Shown here piece after piece: positions 8,477 to 17,711 of a stretch of DNA of 37,557 nucleotides. Where the stretch lies: IMG/VR virus record IMGVR_UViG_2588253749_000008; one strand, given 5' to 3'. The notes under the pieces were generated by a model, which searched no databases, was not told the DNA's origin, and saw only the letters and a program-made list of their open reading frames with translations. The position numbers were made by a program, and so were the translations under genes. Numbering within the stretch: position 1 is the stretch's first letter; every line of letters begins with the position of its first letter. The DNA is from a virus (lineage: Duplodnaviria > Heunggongvirae > Uroviricota > Caudoviricetes).

Positions 8477-8842
8477 ATGAAAGAGACGAAAAACATCGAT
8501 ACCGAAAACACGGTAGTTACTGACACTGTGAAAGAAACCAGTGAGCGTGGCGTAAAACTTACCCAACCAATTGAGCGAGGCGGCGAAAAAATCACGTATG
8601 TGGAGATCACCGGGGCTATTGAGCAGGCTGGATCTCTGCGAGATTTGTCGCTGTCTGATGTGCTGAATCTGAAAGCGGAATCCATGTTTACGCTGCTGTC
8701 ACGCGTGACATCACCGCGACTGGATGAAGTGACGATCAAAAAAATGGCATCCCGTGACTTTATTCAGTTATGTGTGGTTGCCGTAAATTTTTTGAGCGGT
8801 GCGGACTCTGGCGGGAAGAACGAACAGGCGACGGAAGCCTGA
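8477..8842 (+). CDS. E: Tail assembly chaperone gpE (zero-frame product)
   Basis: Position between FII and T; contains the T-TTT-TTG slippery heptamer at 8788-8794. Confidence 0.75.
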   Translation: MKETKNIDTENTVVTDTVKETSERGVKLTQPIERGGEKITYVEITGAIEQAGSLRDLSLSDVLNLKAESMFTLLSRVTSPRLDEVTIKKMASRDFIQLCVVAVNFLSGADSGGKNEQATEA

Positions 8843-9006
8843 TCACGGTTGTGTGCTTTGAGCACATAGAAGACTTTGTGGCAGATATTGCCGTTATTTT
8901 TAACTGGTCGCCCGCCGAAATCTTCATGATGACGCCCGGCGAAGTGGTTAGCTGGCGTGAGCGGGCGGCACTTCGCAGCGGGAATGCAGACAATGAAGAC
9001 TCTTGA
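8477..9006 (+). CDS. gpE+E' fusion made by programmed -1 frameshift at TTTTTTG (8788-8794)
   Basis: The -1 frame after the heptamer continues ERCGLWREERTGDG...FNWSPAEIFMMTPGEVVSWRERAALRSG to a stop at 9006; analogous to P2 E/E' and lambda G/GT. Confidence 0.7.
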
Positions 9007-11800
9007 TATCCGGGTCGCTTTCAGCGCCGTTGACAGGCTGACCCGGCCTGCCGAAAACGCCCGCCGCCTGATGGGGCAGTTTGGTGACTCCATCCAGCGA
9101 ACGCAGGGGGCGATCAAAAATCTCGAGCGTCAGGCGCGATCATTTGAGCGCGCCCGCGACGCTGTCAGTAAAGCGGATGCTGGCATATTGAAAGCACGAC
9201 GCCAGCTTAACGCCCTTAATCAGTTACAACGCACGGGTACAGTGCTCAGCGAAAAACAACAAAAGCTGATGCAGCAGTTAAGCACCCGGCTTGAACACCT
9301 GAATGAATCGCGCACACGTGAAATTCAGAAAATGCGGGAGCTTGGCGGAGAGCTGAAACGCCACGGCATTTCCCTGACAGGCAGCGATAACACCATCCAG
9401 CAGGCCATCAGACGCACCGAACAGTACAACAACCAGCTTGAACGCGAACGGCAGGCGCTTGCGCGTGTAACGCGGGCGCGTGAGCGGTATTCGCGCGCGC
9501 AGGAAACTGCGGGAAAACTGAAAACAGGTGGTGCGCTGGCAATTGGTGCGGCAGCGGCTGGCGGCTATGCTGCCGGGCGTTTTTTGCAGCCTGCGATCGG
9601 GTTCGGGAAAGAGATGTCCCGCGTTCAGGCACTGACGCGAATCGACAAAAACAGCCCGCAGTTTAAGGCGCTGCGTGAGCAGGCGTTAAAACTTGGCTCT
9701 GAAACACAGTTTACTGCGAGTGATGCCGCCAGTGGGCAGAGCTTTCTGGCAATGGCTGGTTTTACTCCGCAGGCCATTCAGGCCGCATTGCCCGGTGTTC
9801 TTAATATGGCGCTGGCAGGTGGCGTCGAACTCGGCGAGACGGCTGATATAGGCTCCAATATCCTCACACAATTCAACCTGACAGCCGATCAAATGGACCG
9901 TGTTGGCGATACGCTGACAGCAGCATTCACCCGGACCAATACTGATTTACGCGCGCTGGGCGAAACCATGAAGTATACCGGTCCGGTTGCCGCAAAACTT
10001 GGTATCAGTCTTGAAGAAGCGGCAGCCATGGCCGGGATGCTTGCCAATAATGGTCTTCGTGGAAGCGATGCTGGTACAGCCATGCGCGCAAGTCTGTCCC
10101 GCCTTGCATCACCGCCAAAAGCTGCGGCTGATGCGCTGAAAGAGCTGGGGGTGTCAGTTGCTGACGCCAGAGGCAAAATGCGCCCGATGGAGGATGTGCT
10201 GCTTGATCTCTATAAGGCGACACAAAAATACGGACAGGTGGACCAGGTCTCCTTCTTCAAGGACATCGCCGGAGAAGAGGCGTTCGTTGGTTTGCAGACG
10301 CTTGTTGCGGCGGCTGGTTCAGGAGAGCTGCAAAAACTGACCAGAGAATTGCAGGGGGCAAGGGGAGAGGCCGATCGCGTTGCAAAAGTAATGGCCGATA
10401 ATCTTGATGGGGACCTGAAAAATCTCGACAGCGCATGGGAAGGTCTTCGTATTCGCATCAGTGATCTGGTTGACGGTCCGCTGCGTTCTGTCACGCAGTG
10501 GCTCACGCGGGTGCTTGAAAAAATCACCTCGCTGGCGCAGGCCCATCCGGTACTGACGCGCCAGCTACTGATAGCAGGCGGTGCGTTGCTGGCAATGACT
10601 GCAACGGTTGGCTCGTTGTCGCTGGCTATTGGTGTGCTTGCTGGCCCGCTGGCAAAACTGCGTCTTGGCTTTTCCCTCCTGACCGGTTCAATGAATGCTG
10701 TCAGACTCCTGCCAGCACTATGGGGAATGGTGACGGGTTCCGTTTCGTTACTGGGGGGCGCTATCGGGGCGTTGTTCAGTCCGGTCGGTCTTATCGTGGC
10801 TGCGCTTGCCGGAGCTGCCGTTCTCATCTGGAAATACTGGGATCCCATCAGGGCATTTTTTGCCGGGGTGTTCAGCGGGATTATGGAAAGGCTGACCCCG
10901 TTGCGCGAAACCTTTGAACGGTTTGGTCCTGTTTTTGACGCAATCGGAAGCGGGATCAGCCAGGTGTTTAACTGGTTTAAATCGCTGTTGTCACCGATGG
11001 AGTCCAGCAAGGAAACGCTGGATAAATGTACCAGTGCTGGCGAGATATTCGGTAACGTTCTTGGCGGTGCGTTACAACTTGTTCTGACACCTGCAAAAAT
11101 GCTACTGGATACGCTGGCGTGGATACTTGAAAAACTTGGCGTCCTTCCGGATGAAGCGGAAAGGGCGCGCAAGAAAATCGAAGACGCACAGCGTGAGGCC
11201 ATTCTTCAGGACAAGGTTGCCTTGCTTCAGGGGGACCTGGCGAAAATCAATCCGCCGAAGCCTGTGGAAAATGGCAATGGCACCGGAGGTGATAACCCCA
11301 AAGACAATAAACCGCTCACAGACAGCAATACCGGTACGCTGCGCAGACTCAGCAAAATTGCTGATAACACAGGTAAGCTGGTTGAGGAGACGAAAAAACG
11401 CATTGGCCCCGGCGATATTGTCTTTAAGAACCTGCCCCGAGCACTTGCTGTTCGTGGGGAGTGGCAGGAGCGGAAGATTGCGCAGGTCAGTAAGCCTGCC
11501 CCCGCAATTAATATCACACCCGTGGTCTCGGCTCCGCTGCCTCCGGCGCTGGTCCCTGTTGTTGCGGCCAGCTCCCGCCCGGTGGCGGAGGCTATACGAT
11601 CTCCAGTGGCATCAGTTCCTGTAACTTCCCGTAACCGGGAGCCTGTTGCCTCCGGATTTGGTGGTGAAATTCATGTTCATCTGCATAACGTTGTTACGCA
11701 GAATCCCCGCGAACTGGCGAAACTGGTCGGTGAAATGGTCAGGGCAGAAATGGAACGGCGCGCCCGTGCCGGGCGTGGCAGTTTTTACGATAAAGATTGA
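8984..11800 (+). CDS. T: Tail tape-measure protein (gpT)
   Basis: About 940 aa, coiled-coil-rich N-terminus, Gly/Ala-rich hydrophobic middle, located between E' and U; start set at ATG 8984 (MQTMKTLDI). Confidence 0.85.
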   Translation: MQTMKTLDIRVAFSAVDRLTRPAENARRLMGQFGDSIQRTQGAIKNLERQARSFERARDAVSKADAGILKARRQLNALNQLQRTGTVLSEKQQKLMQQLSTRLEHLNESRTREIQKMRELGGELKRHGISLTGSDNTIQQAIRRTEQYNNQLERERQALARVTRARERYSRAQETAGKLKTGGALAIGAAAAGGYAAGRFLQPAIGFGKEMSRVQALTRIDKNSPQFKALREQALKLGSETQFTASDAASGQSFLAMAGFTPQAIQAALPGVLNMALAGGVELGETADIGSNILTQFNLTADQMDRVGDTLTAAFTRTNTDLRALGETMKYTGPVAAKLGISLEEAAAMAGMLANNGLRGSDAGTAMRASLSRLASPPKAAADALKELGVSVADARGKMRPMEDVLLDLYKATQKYGQVDQVSFFKDIAGEEAFVGLQTLVAAAGSGELQKLTRELQGARGEADRVAKVMADNLDGDLKNLDSAWEGLRIRISDLVDGPLRSVTQWLTRVLEKITSLAQAHPVLTRQLLIAGGALLAMTATVGSLSLAIGVLAGPLAKLRLGFSLLTGSMNAVRLLPALWGMVTGSVSLLGGAIGALFSPVGLIVAALAGAAVLIWKYWDPIRAFFAGVFSGIMERLTPLRETFERFGPVFDAIGSGISQVFNWFKSLLSPMESSKETLDKCTSAGEIFGNVLGGALQLVLTPAKMLLDTLAWILEKLGVLPDEAERARKKIEDAQREAILQDKVALLQGDLAKINPPKPVENGNGTGGDNPKDNKPLTDSNTGTLRRLSKIADNTGKLVEETKKRIGPGDIVFKNLPRALAVRGEWQERKIAQVSKPAPAINITPVVSAPLPPALVPVVAASSRPVAEAIRSPVASVPVTSRNREPVASGFGGEIHVHLHNVVTQNPRELAKLVGEMVRAEMERRARAGRGSFYDKD

Positions 11801-11806
11801 GGAGTC

Positions 11807-12301
11807 ATGGCCATGATGATGATCTACGGCATGTTTGTTTTTGAGCTGCGCACGCTGCCGCATCAGCAGTTACAGCAAAACAAAAGCTGGCGGCATGTGA
11901 AAAATGAACGCGTTAACCGTTCAGCAAGCTGGCAGTATATCGGTGCAGGTGATGATCGCATCGTTCTTTCTGGTGTGCTTTATCCTGAAATTACAGGTGG
12001 CGAAGTGTCGCTGTCGCTGCTGACCACGCAGGCGTATACAGGACGACCCTGGCCTTTGATTGATGGCGTCGGGCAGATTTACGGCATGTATGTCCTGACC
12101 GGAACGAATACGACCCGTTCCGAGTTTGATCGCTACGGTAAGGCGAAAAAGATAGAATTTTCACTGACCCTTGAACGCTGTGATGAGGATTTGCGGGAGC
12201 GCCTGCAATCCTCATCGTTCAGCGATATGCTGTCCGGCTTCAAAGATAAAGTGACATCATCTCTTAACAGCGCGGTCAGTTCAGTTAAAGGGCTGTTCTG
12301 A
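11807..12301 (+). CDS. U: Tail protein gpU
   Basis: 164 aa immediately after T; size and position match P2 U. Confidence 0.8.
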   Translation: MAMMMIYGMFVFELRTLPHQQLQQNKSWRHVKNERVNRSASWQYIGAGDDRIVLSGVLYPEITGGEVSLSLLTTQAYTGRPWPLIDGVGQIYGMYVLTGTNTTRSEFDRYGKAKKIEFSLTLERCDEDLRERLQSSSFSDMLSGFKDKVTSSLNSAVSSVKGLF

Positions 12302-12312
12302 TTTAACACAAA

Positions 12313-12346
12313 AACCGCTAATGACCAGATTAGCGGTTATTTTGTT
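12313..12346. terminator. Bidirectional rho-independent terminator between U and the invertase gene
   Basis: AACCGCTAAT gaccag ATTAGCGGTT flanked by T-runs on both strands; overlaps the invertase stop codon. Confidence 0.55.
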
Positions 12347-12930
12347 TCCTGACTCTTCTCAATTGTTCCGCTTGATTCTCCTGCGGGGTGGTAACGATAA
12401 ATCGTCGATATACCAATGCCGTAAATTATTGCCAGTTGTTTTCTGTCGTGCCCGTTTTTGATCAGCCTTGCTATTTGCTCATGCTGTTCTTTTGTCAGCT
12501 TCGGGCGACGTCCGCCTGTGCGCCCTCGTGCGCGCGCTGCAGCCAGTCCGGCCAGTGTACGTTCAACAATTAATTCACGTTCCATTTCAGCCAGGGCACC
12601 CATCACGTGGAAGAAAAAACGCCCCATTGGAGAAGATGTATCTATGCTGTCGGTCAGACTGCGAAAATTAATCCCTCGCTCCCGTAGTTCCCCGACGAGA
12701 GAAATCAGATGTTTCATGCTTCGCCCGAGGCGATCCAGTTTCCAGACAACCAGCGTGTCGCCTTTTTGAAGGCGCTTTAAAGCGCGTTTTAATCCCGGTC
12801 GGTCTGTCTTTGTCCCGCTTAATTTATCTTCAAATATTTGTTCGCATCCTGCACAAACAAGAGCGTTTCGTTGCAGGTCTGTATTCTGGTCATTTGTTGA
12901 TACGCGAACATAGCCAATAAGCATGATCAT
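12337..12930 (-). CDS. Serine recombinase, DNA invertase (Hin/Gin/Cin/Pin family)
   Basis: 197 aa; N-terminal GYVRVSTNDQ catalytic-serine motif, C-terminal HTH; sits beside the invertible tail-fibre segment. Confidence 0.9.
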   Translation of the reverse strand: MIMLIGYVRVSTNDQNTDLQRNALVCAGCEQIFEDKLSGTKTDRPGLKRALKRLQKGDTLVVWKLDRLGRSMKHLISLVGELRERGINFRSLTDSIDTSSPMGRFFFHVMGALAEMERELIVERTLAGLAAARARGRTGGRRPKLTKEQHEQIARLIKNGHDRKQLAIIYGIGISTIYRYHPAGESSGTIEKSQETK

Positions 12931-12979
12931 CCCCCTGAATAAAAACCGGGGATGATGCCAGTTAGCTGTTACCTCTGCA

Positions 12980-13005
12980 TTTTCTTAAACGTTGGTTTGG
13001 GAGAA
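12980..13005. other. gix/hix-like crossover site A (TTTTCTTAAACG TT GGTTTGGGAGAA)
   Basis: 26-bp imperfect palindrome matching the 12+2+12 invertase-site pattern TTnTCnnAAACC as recalled; inverted relative to site B. Confidence 0.6.
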
Positions 13006-13449
13006 GGTGCTCCAGCTATTGGCGTTCCGTTCTTCTGGCCCTCCGCGGCAATGCCAAATACTGTAATCGACAGCTGGTCCGGTATGGTGTTTTTGAAGTT
13101 CAACGGGGCGAAATTTTCTGCCTCTGATTACCCTGTGCTGGCGAAAGTGTTTCCTTCGCTGGTATTACCTGAAGCCCGCGGTGATTTCATTCGTATCTGG
13201 GATGACGGGCGAGGTGCAGACGGTGGTCGCGAATTATTAAGCTGGCAGGCAGCTACAAACTTTTCTCAGTTTGCCGGGAATATAGGCGAAGGTGCGGGAC
13301 ACGCAATTAACTTTCATGATGGCATCGCCGGAAATCAGCCAGGATTTTCACGATTTAATTTCACCAGTAACTCTGTGGGTGATGGTGTGAATTTTGTTGC
13401 TGTCAGACCGCGAAATATTGCATTTAACTTTCTGGTGAGGGCTAAATAA
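12994..13449 (+). CDS. Silent alternative tail-fibre C-terminal cassette (Sv'-like)
   Basis: Begins at the crossover with LGEGAPAIG, mirroring LGLGEAAK at the crossover inside H; would fuse in frame to the H constant region after inversion. Confidence 0.6.
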   Translation, partial: GLGEGAPAIGVPFFWPSAAMPNTVIDSWSGMVFLKFNGAKFSASDYPVLAKVFPSLVLPEARGDFIRIWDDGRGADGGRELLSWQAATNFSQFAGNIGEGAGHAINFHDGIAGNQPGFSRFNFTSNSVGDGVNFVAVRPRNIAFNFLVRAK

Positions 13450-14042
13450 TGAAACCTGTTTTTGATGAAAATGGGCTGGCTACAGTGCCGGGCGATATGC
13501 GTTGTTTTTATTATGATGCTGAAACATCTGAGTATACGGGCTGGTCTGATGAATATATTAATACTGGCGTAAGTATGCCCGCCTGTTCCACTGGTATTGA
13601 CCCTGGCGAAAACATTCCGGGAAGAGTGGCAGTATTTACAGGTAAGGGATGGAGCCATGAAGAAGACCATCGCAATGAGACTGTTTACTCAATCGAAAAT
13701 GGTGCTGCTGTTACAGTGGATTATATCGGTGCCATCAAAAACGGTTATGTCACGCTTTCACCGTTAACGCCATATGATAAATGGGATGGTGAGAAATGGG
13801 TGACAGATACTAAGGCACAACACGGTGCCGCAGTAGAAGCGGCAGAAGCACAGCGCCAGTCACTGATTGATGCTGCAATGGCTTCCATCAGCCTGATTCA
13901 GCTGAAATTACAGGCCGGGCGGAAGCTGACGCAGGCAGAAACCACCCGGCTTAACGCCGTGCTTGATTACATTGACGCGGTGACGGCAACAGATACGAGC
14001 ACCGCGCCGGATGTCATCTGGCCTGAACTGCCGGAGGCGTAG
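13449..14042 (+). CDS. Tail-fibre assembly protein, alternative copy (Tfa')
   Basis: 197 aa; C-terminal motif DTSTAPDVIWPELPEA parallels the other Tfa copy. Confidence 0.75.
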   Translation: MKPVFDENGLATVPGDMRCFYYDAETSEYTGWSDEYINTGVSMPACSTGIDPGENIPGRVAVFTGKGWSHEEDHRNETVYSIENGAAVTVDYIGAIKNGYVTLSPLTPYDKWDGEKWVTDTKAQHGAAVEAAEAQRQSLIDAAMASISLIQLKLQAGRKLTQAETTRLNAVLDYIDAVTATDTSTAPDVIWPELPEA

Positions 14043-14454
14043 GCCATTCAATATCTGGCGCACCGGAAGTATCGACCAGTTCCAGTGCGTCCAGATAATC
14101 CAGCCACAAATTATATTGCACCAGTTCCTCACCTTTCAGGCGACCAATCGCCGCTTTACCAGGCCATTGCTTACTGTTTATGTATTCGTTGACCTGATTA
14201 ATCAATTGCTGCTTTTCCAGTTCGGCTGCGGCAATTTGTTCCTCATGAGTTGGCGGTGGAATATCAATCCATGCAGGCATTCCGTCGATGACACCTCTGT
14301 ATTTTCCTTCTGGTGCTTCCTTCATAAATTCGGCGGCAACAGTGTCGTCAATTTCGATTCCATCACCGGGCCATTCGCCGGATTCCTGATAAGCGATTTT
14401 AAGCTCCACAGGGAAAAACGCATTTTTATCGGCACTGAAAATATATTTCTGCAT
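14014..14454 (-). CDS. Tail-fibre assembly protein (gpG/Tfa, currently expressed orientation)
   Basis: 146 aa directly downstream of H; C-terminal DTSGAPDIEWPTPP. Confidence 0.8.
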   Translation of the reverse strand: MQKYIFSADKNAFFPVELKIAYQESGEWPGDGIEIDDTVAAEFMKEAPEGKYRGVIDGMPAWIDIPPPTHEEQIAAAELEKQQLINQVNEYINSKQWPGKAAIGRLKGEELVQYNLWLDYLDALELVDTSGAPDIEWPTPPAVQAR

Positions 14455-14456
14455 TT

Positions 14457-15863
14457 CTACCGTCCTATCGAAATATAACTGAATCTGTATTGCTGTGAGA
14501 TATCACTGGTTGCCACACGCCACGCTGAATTACTGATATGTTCAAAATTTACAGACAAAACCTGCGGGGCAGGATTCGACGGGTCTGACTGAACGGCATC
14601 AGACATAACACTGACTGAAATCATCGGCTGATTAGGGAATGGTATAGGGAAGTGTCCACTGATAAAGCGGGTCGTGTTTCCTGAAAAAGTGCCAAACTGA
14701 ACAATATATCCACCTGGTAGCCTGAACCATCCCGAACCAGAAGCGAATGCTCCCATATCCGGTATCTGATTATCTCCTGTGCCCACATCCCTTTTCGCCG
14801 CTTCTCCTAAACCAAGGTATGCGAGAAGACCAGCAACATCCTTTCCACTCAAATTAGTCAGCGTATTGTCCAGCGGTTGTTTGTCTGCCAGTGCATTAAG
14901 CACTGTTGTTGAAAAGTTAGGGTCATTCCCCAGCGCCGCCGCCAGTTCATTCAGTGTATCCAGTGCCGCAGGGGCAGAACCCACCATTGCCGCAATTGCT
15001 GATTTCACAAAAGCTGTGGTGGCAATCTGTGTATTGTTGACCGACTGTGCCGCAGTAGGTGCTGTTGGCGTTCCGGTAAGTGCCGGACTCGATAGCGGCG
15101 CTTTCAGTGCCAGCGCATTGTTAATGGTGGTGCTGAATTTCGGGTCATTGTTAATGGCTGCGGCAATTTCTTTCAGTGTGTCCAGCGTGGCTGGCGCACC
15201 GTTAATCAGATCGGTAATAGCGGCCTGAACAAACTCAGTGGTCGCAATCCGCGTGGTGTTATTTCCTGCGGCAGGCGTCGGCGCTTTTGGTTCTCCGGTA
15301 AATGTCGGATTATGTTTCTGCGCATACTGGGTATGAGGATCCTGTGCGGCAATGTGGTTTCTCATCTGGTCATCCACATACAGCTTTAATTCCAGGACTT
15401 TATCATCCACGTATTTACGGGTCGCCAGTACCACCGACGGGTCGATTTTCAGCGTGATGGCTTCGGTGTTCGTGACAACCAGAATCATGCGGATAGTCTG
15501 GGTGCGTCCACTGCCTTCCTGCAACTGCGGTTTGTACGTTTCCGGGCAGTTTGCCACCGCAATGAGTACACCTTCATCATCATAAAGACCAATCTCACGG
15601 ATCCAGAATCCTCCCTCGTTTTCAGGGATGATTTGCTCAGCAATAATCTGGCTCTGATTGTTAGGGTCAACACTCAGAAGATTCAGCGGTGCAATGCGTT
15701 TCTGGTTAATCAGTTTTGTTTGTGCAGGGTCTGGTGTTGGTAACACACCATTTGCATCACCAACGGCCATTTGCGTCAGATTCAGCTTACTGCCGAGCAT
15801 CGTCGCGTTAGCCAGTCGTGCCGCGCCCTGATTAGTCAGAATGGCGTAGTATTTCACTGTCAT
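14457..15863 (-). CDS. H: Tail fibre protein (gpH): constant N-terminal part plus invertible C-terminal part
   Basis: 468 aa; conserved tail-fibre N-terminus MTVKYYAILTNQGAARLANA; crossover site B lies inside the gene. Confidence 0.9.
   Translation of the reverse strand: MTVKYYAILTNQGAARLANATMLGSKLNLTQMAVGDANGVLPTPDPAQTKLINQKRIAPLNLLSVDPNNQSQIIAEQIIPENEGGFWIREIGLYDDEGVLIAVANCPETYKPQLQEGSGRTQTIRMILVVTNTEAITLKIDPSVVLATRKYVDDKVLELKLYVDDQMRNHIAAQDPHTQYAQKHNPTFTGEPKAPTPAAGNNTTRIATTEFVQAAITDLINGAPATLDTLKEIAAAINNDPKFSTTINNALALKAPLSSPALTGTPTAPTAAQSVNNTQIATTAFVKSAIAAMVGSAPAALDTLNELAAALGNDPNFSTTVLNALADKQPLDNTLTNLSGKDVAGLLAYLGLGEAAKRDVGTGDNQIPDMGAFASGSGWFRLPGGYIVQFGTFSGNTTRFISGHFPIPFPNQPMISVSVMSDAVQSDPSNPAPQVLSVNFEHISNSAWRVATSDISQQYRFSYISIGR
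14802..14827. other. gix/hix-like crossover site B (TTCTCCTAAACC AA GGTATGCGAGAA)
   Basis: Inverted partner of site A, inside H. Confidence 0.6.
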
Positions 15864-16468
15864 GCGTTTACTCTCAGATTATCAATTAAATGAATGGCCG
15901 GGGCAGGGAAATAATCCCCTTCGACAATAATGGACTCCGGGGTGTAGGGATAAACCGTCAGGGCATCGCCGTGATAGCATCCCGTACCAACGAAAATCTT
16001 TCCGTTCACACTCAGGCTGATCGCCAGCCCCGTCAGATGGCGACTTACTGGTTTTGCATCCGCAATAAGGCGCTCAAGTTCCTGATACATTTCATCGGTG
16101 ATGCCCTGATCAAGTACTCCGACAACAATGCGAAATGTTCCTGGCTCCTCGTTGAGTTGCCACCACTCCTTTACTTCAATCAGGTAGCCGAGAGGCTCCA
16201 CGGCTCTTCGCAGTGCGCTGATGGTCCCTTTGTGTCGGTGTATCAGCCATGCATCACGAATCACCTGTCGCTTTGTCTCTTCCGGCCAGTTGCGATCCCA
16301 GCGGTCAACGGAAAACGCCCAGGCGAGATAAGGCAGCAAATGCACCGGGCAGGTGTCCGGTGACCACAGCGTGTTGAGGTCTACCGGGATGTCTGTAATG
16401 CGCGCTCCGACTGCTTCGGCGCAACGCATGAAACGGCTGGCTGATGGCGGTAACAGTGAATTACTCAT
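15860..16468 (-). CDS. I: Baseplate protein gpI
   Basis: Position between J and H; start reassigned to MSNSLLPP. Confidence 0.75.
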   Translation of the reverse strand: MSNSLLPPSASRFMRCAEAVGARITDIPVDLNTLWSPDTCPVHLLPYLAWAFSVDRWDRNWPEETKRQVIRDAWLIHRHKGTISALRRAVEPLGYLIEVKEWWQLNEEPGTFRIVVGVLDQGITDEMYQELERLIADAKPVSRHLTGLAISLSVNGKIFVGTGCYHGDALTVYPYTPESIIVEGDYFPAPAIHLIDNLRVNA

Positions 16469-17357
16469 TGCGCCCACCTTCGCTGATGGTGAATGACTCA
16501 CAGCGCGCCGCCTGTATGTCGCTGATGGCCAGATTCTGTGTGGGTTCGATTATCTCCACGCGTTGCACACCGTGCACATGCAGTGCGGCAGCAATGGCGG
16601 ACAACGCCACGTCCTGACCGATAAGCCCCTGCTCAGCCAGCCACTTCCTGAACGACGATTCAGCCGCCGCCAGAATAGGTTCGGATTCCGGACCGGGGTA
16701 AAAGTACAGTTTTGCATTCAGCCGCCATGTCACGATTCTGGCGCTCTGTACGGTCAGGCGGTCGGCCACCGGGCGGGTATCCTCTGCATTCAGAACGGCG
16801 CGAACGGTATTAAGCAACGCCTCCGTTGCTGTGCCGTCGCCTTCAGTGGACAGGATGGAAACCGTCACATTTGCCGGAGACGGACTGATAGCCCGCGCAT
16901 CACGCACCAGACCGCTGGCGCTGCGGGCAAAATACTCGTATGCACCTGACGGGCCAGCAACACTCAGGCCGTCGTACGCCCGCTGCGCCCGCAGTCTCAG
17001 CGAGGTGTCGCTCTCCATCACCGCGTCGGTGGTATCCGTTGCCGGAGTGATAACCAGGCGCTTTGTGTTCATATTGCCCGCGAGGTTGTCCAGGTCTGTC
17101 CCGGCGCTGTGGCTTAACATGCAGGCGCGTGCCCCCTCGTTAACCCGCTGGCGTAACAGCATTTCACGAAACGACATGGTTTGAGCGATAACGTTAAGGG
17201 GTTCCGATTCCAGCTCCAGCGCGGCGGAAACGGCTTCACGCTGTTCGGCGGGATAAGCCGCAATCATCATGGCCTTTGTGTCAGCCAGAATTGCCTCAAA
17301 GTCAGGCTCCGCGATGATGGCGGGGTCCGGTAACTGTGAAAGGTCAACGGCGGGCAT
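16461..17357 (-). CDS. J: Baseplate protein gpJ
   Basis: 298 aa, size and position match P2 J. Confidence 0.8.
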   Translation of the reverse strand: MPAVDLSQLPDPAIIAEPDFEAILADTKAMMIAAYPAEQREAVSAALELESEPLNVIAQTMSFREMLLRQRVNEGARACMLSHSAGTDLDNLAGNMNTKRLVITPATDTTDAVMESDTSLRLRAQRAYDGLSVAGPSGAYEYFARSASGLVRDARAISPSPANVTVSILSTEGDGTATEALLNTVRAVLNAEDTRPVADRLTVQSARIVTWRLNAKLYFYPGPESEPILAAAESSFRKWLAEQGLIGQDVALSAIAAALHVHGVQRVEIIEPTQNLAISDIQAARCESFTISEGGRNE

Positions 17358-17360
17358 GAT

Positions 17361-17711
17361 TTACTCCCTTAGCGTGATGGTTAATTCAACATTCTGCATG
17401 GTCTGCATGACAGTGCCCGACAGCGTCACCCCGGCGCGGCCTCCCGCTTTCCAGACAACGTCGATGGCATCCAGGGCAATGCGGGGTTCCCATCGTGTCA
17501 GCGCAATCACGGCAGCACTCATGCATTGCAGACGCGTGGTGTTATTCATGGGTTCGTCAATCAAATCAGGCACAAGGCTGCCATATTCCCGTCGCATAAC
17601 CCGGCTTGCCAGCGGGGTGGTCAGGATATCCCTGACTGACTGTTTCAGGTGCTCCATATCGTTCAGGTTTCCCGTCCCGTCCGGATTCATTCCTGTGTAG
17701 CGGGTTGTCAC
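17361..17711 (-). CDS. W: Baseplate wedge protein gpW
   Basis: 116 aa; motifs match P2 W as recalled (RY.GMN, GSRVMRR.YGSL, WEPR). Confidence 0.85.
   Translation of the reverse strand: MTTRYTGMNPDGTGNLNDMEHLKQSVRDILTTPLASRVMRREYGSLVPDLIDEPMNNTTRLQCMSAAVIALTRWEPRIALDAIDVVWKAGGRAGVTLSGTVMQTMQNVELTITLRE

Larger units (their letters stand above)
12993..14815. other. Invertible tail-fibre segment (~1.8 kb)
   Basis: Bounded by inverted gix-like sites; contains two oppositely oriented tail-fibre C-terminal cassettes and two tail-fibre assembly genes, as in Mu G / P1 C segments. Confidence 0.6.

Noticed and set aside
10210-11202. 330-aa minus-strand ORF inside the tape-measure gene
   Set aside because: Antisense to a well-supported gene; Ser/Ala/Pro-rich low-complexity translation typical of the reverse frame of GC-rich coding DNA.
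12952-12993. ATG at 12952 as a genuine start of the alternative tail-fibre cassette
   Set aside because: These codons lie outside the invertible segment; the cassette is expressed only as a fusion to H after inversion.
14779-16363. Plus-strand ORFs (149 and 157 aa) antisense to H and I
   Set aside because: Opposite-strand artefacts within conserved structural genes.
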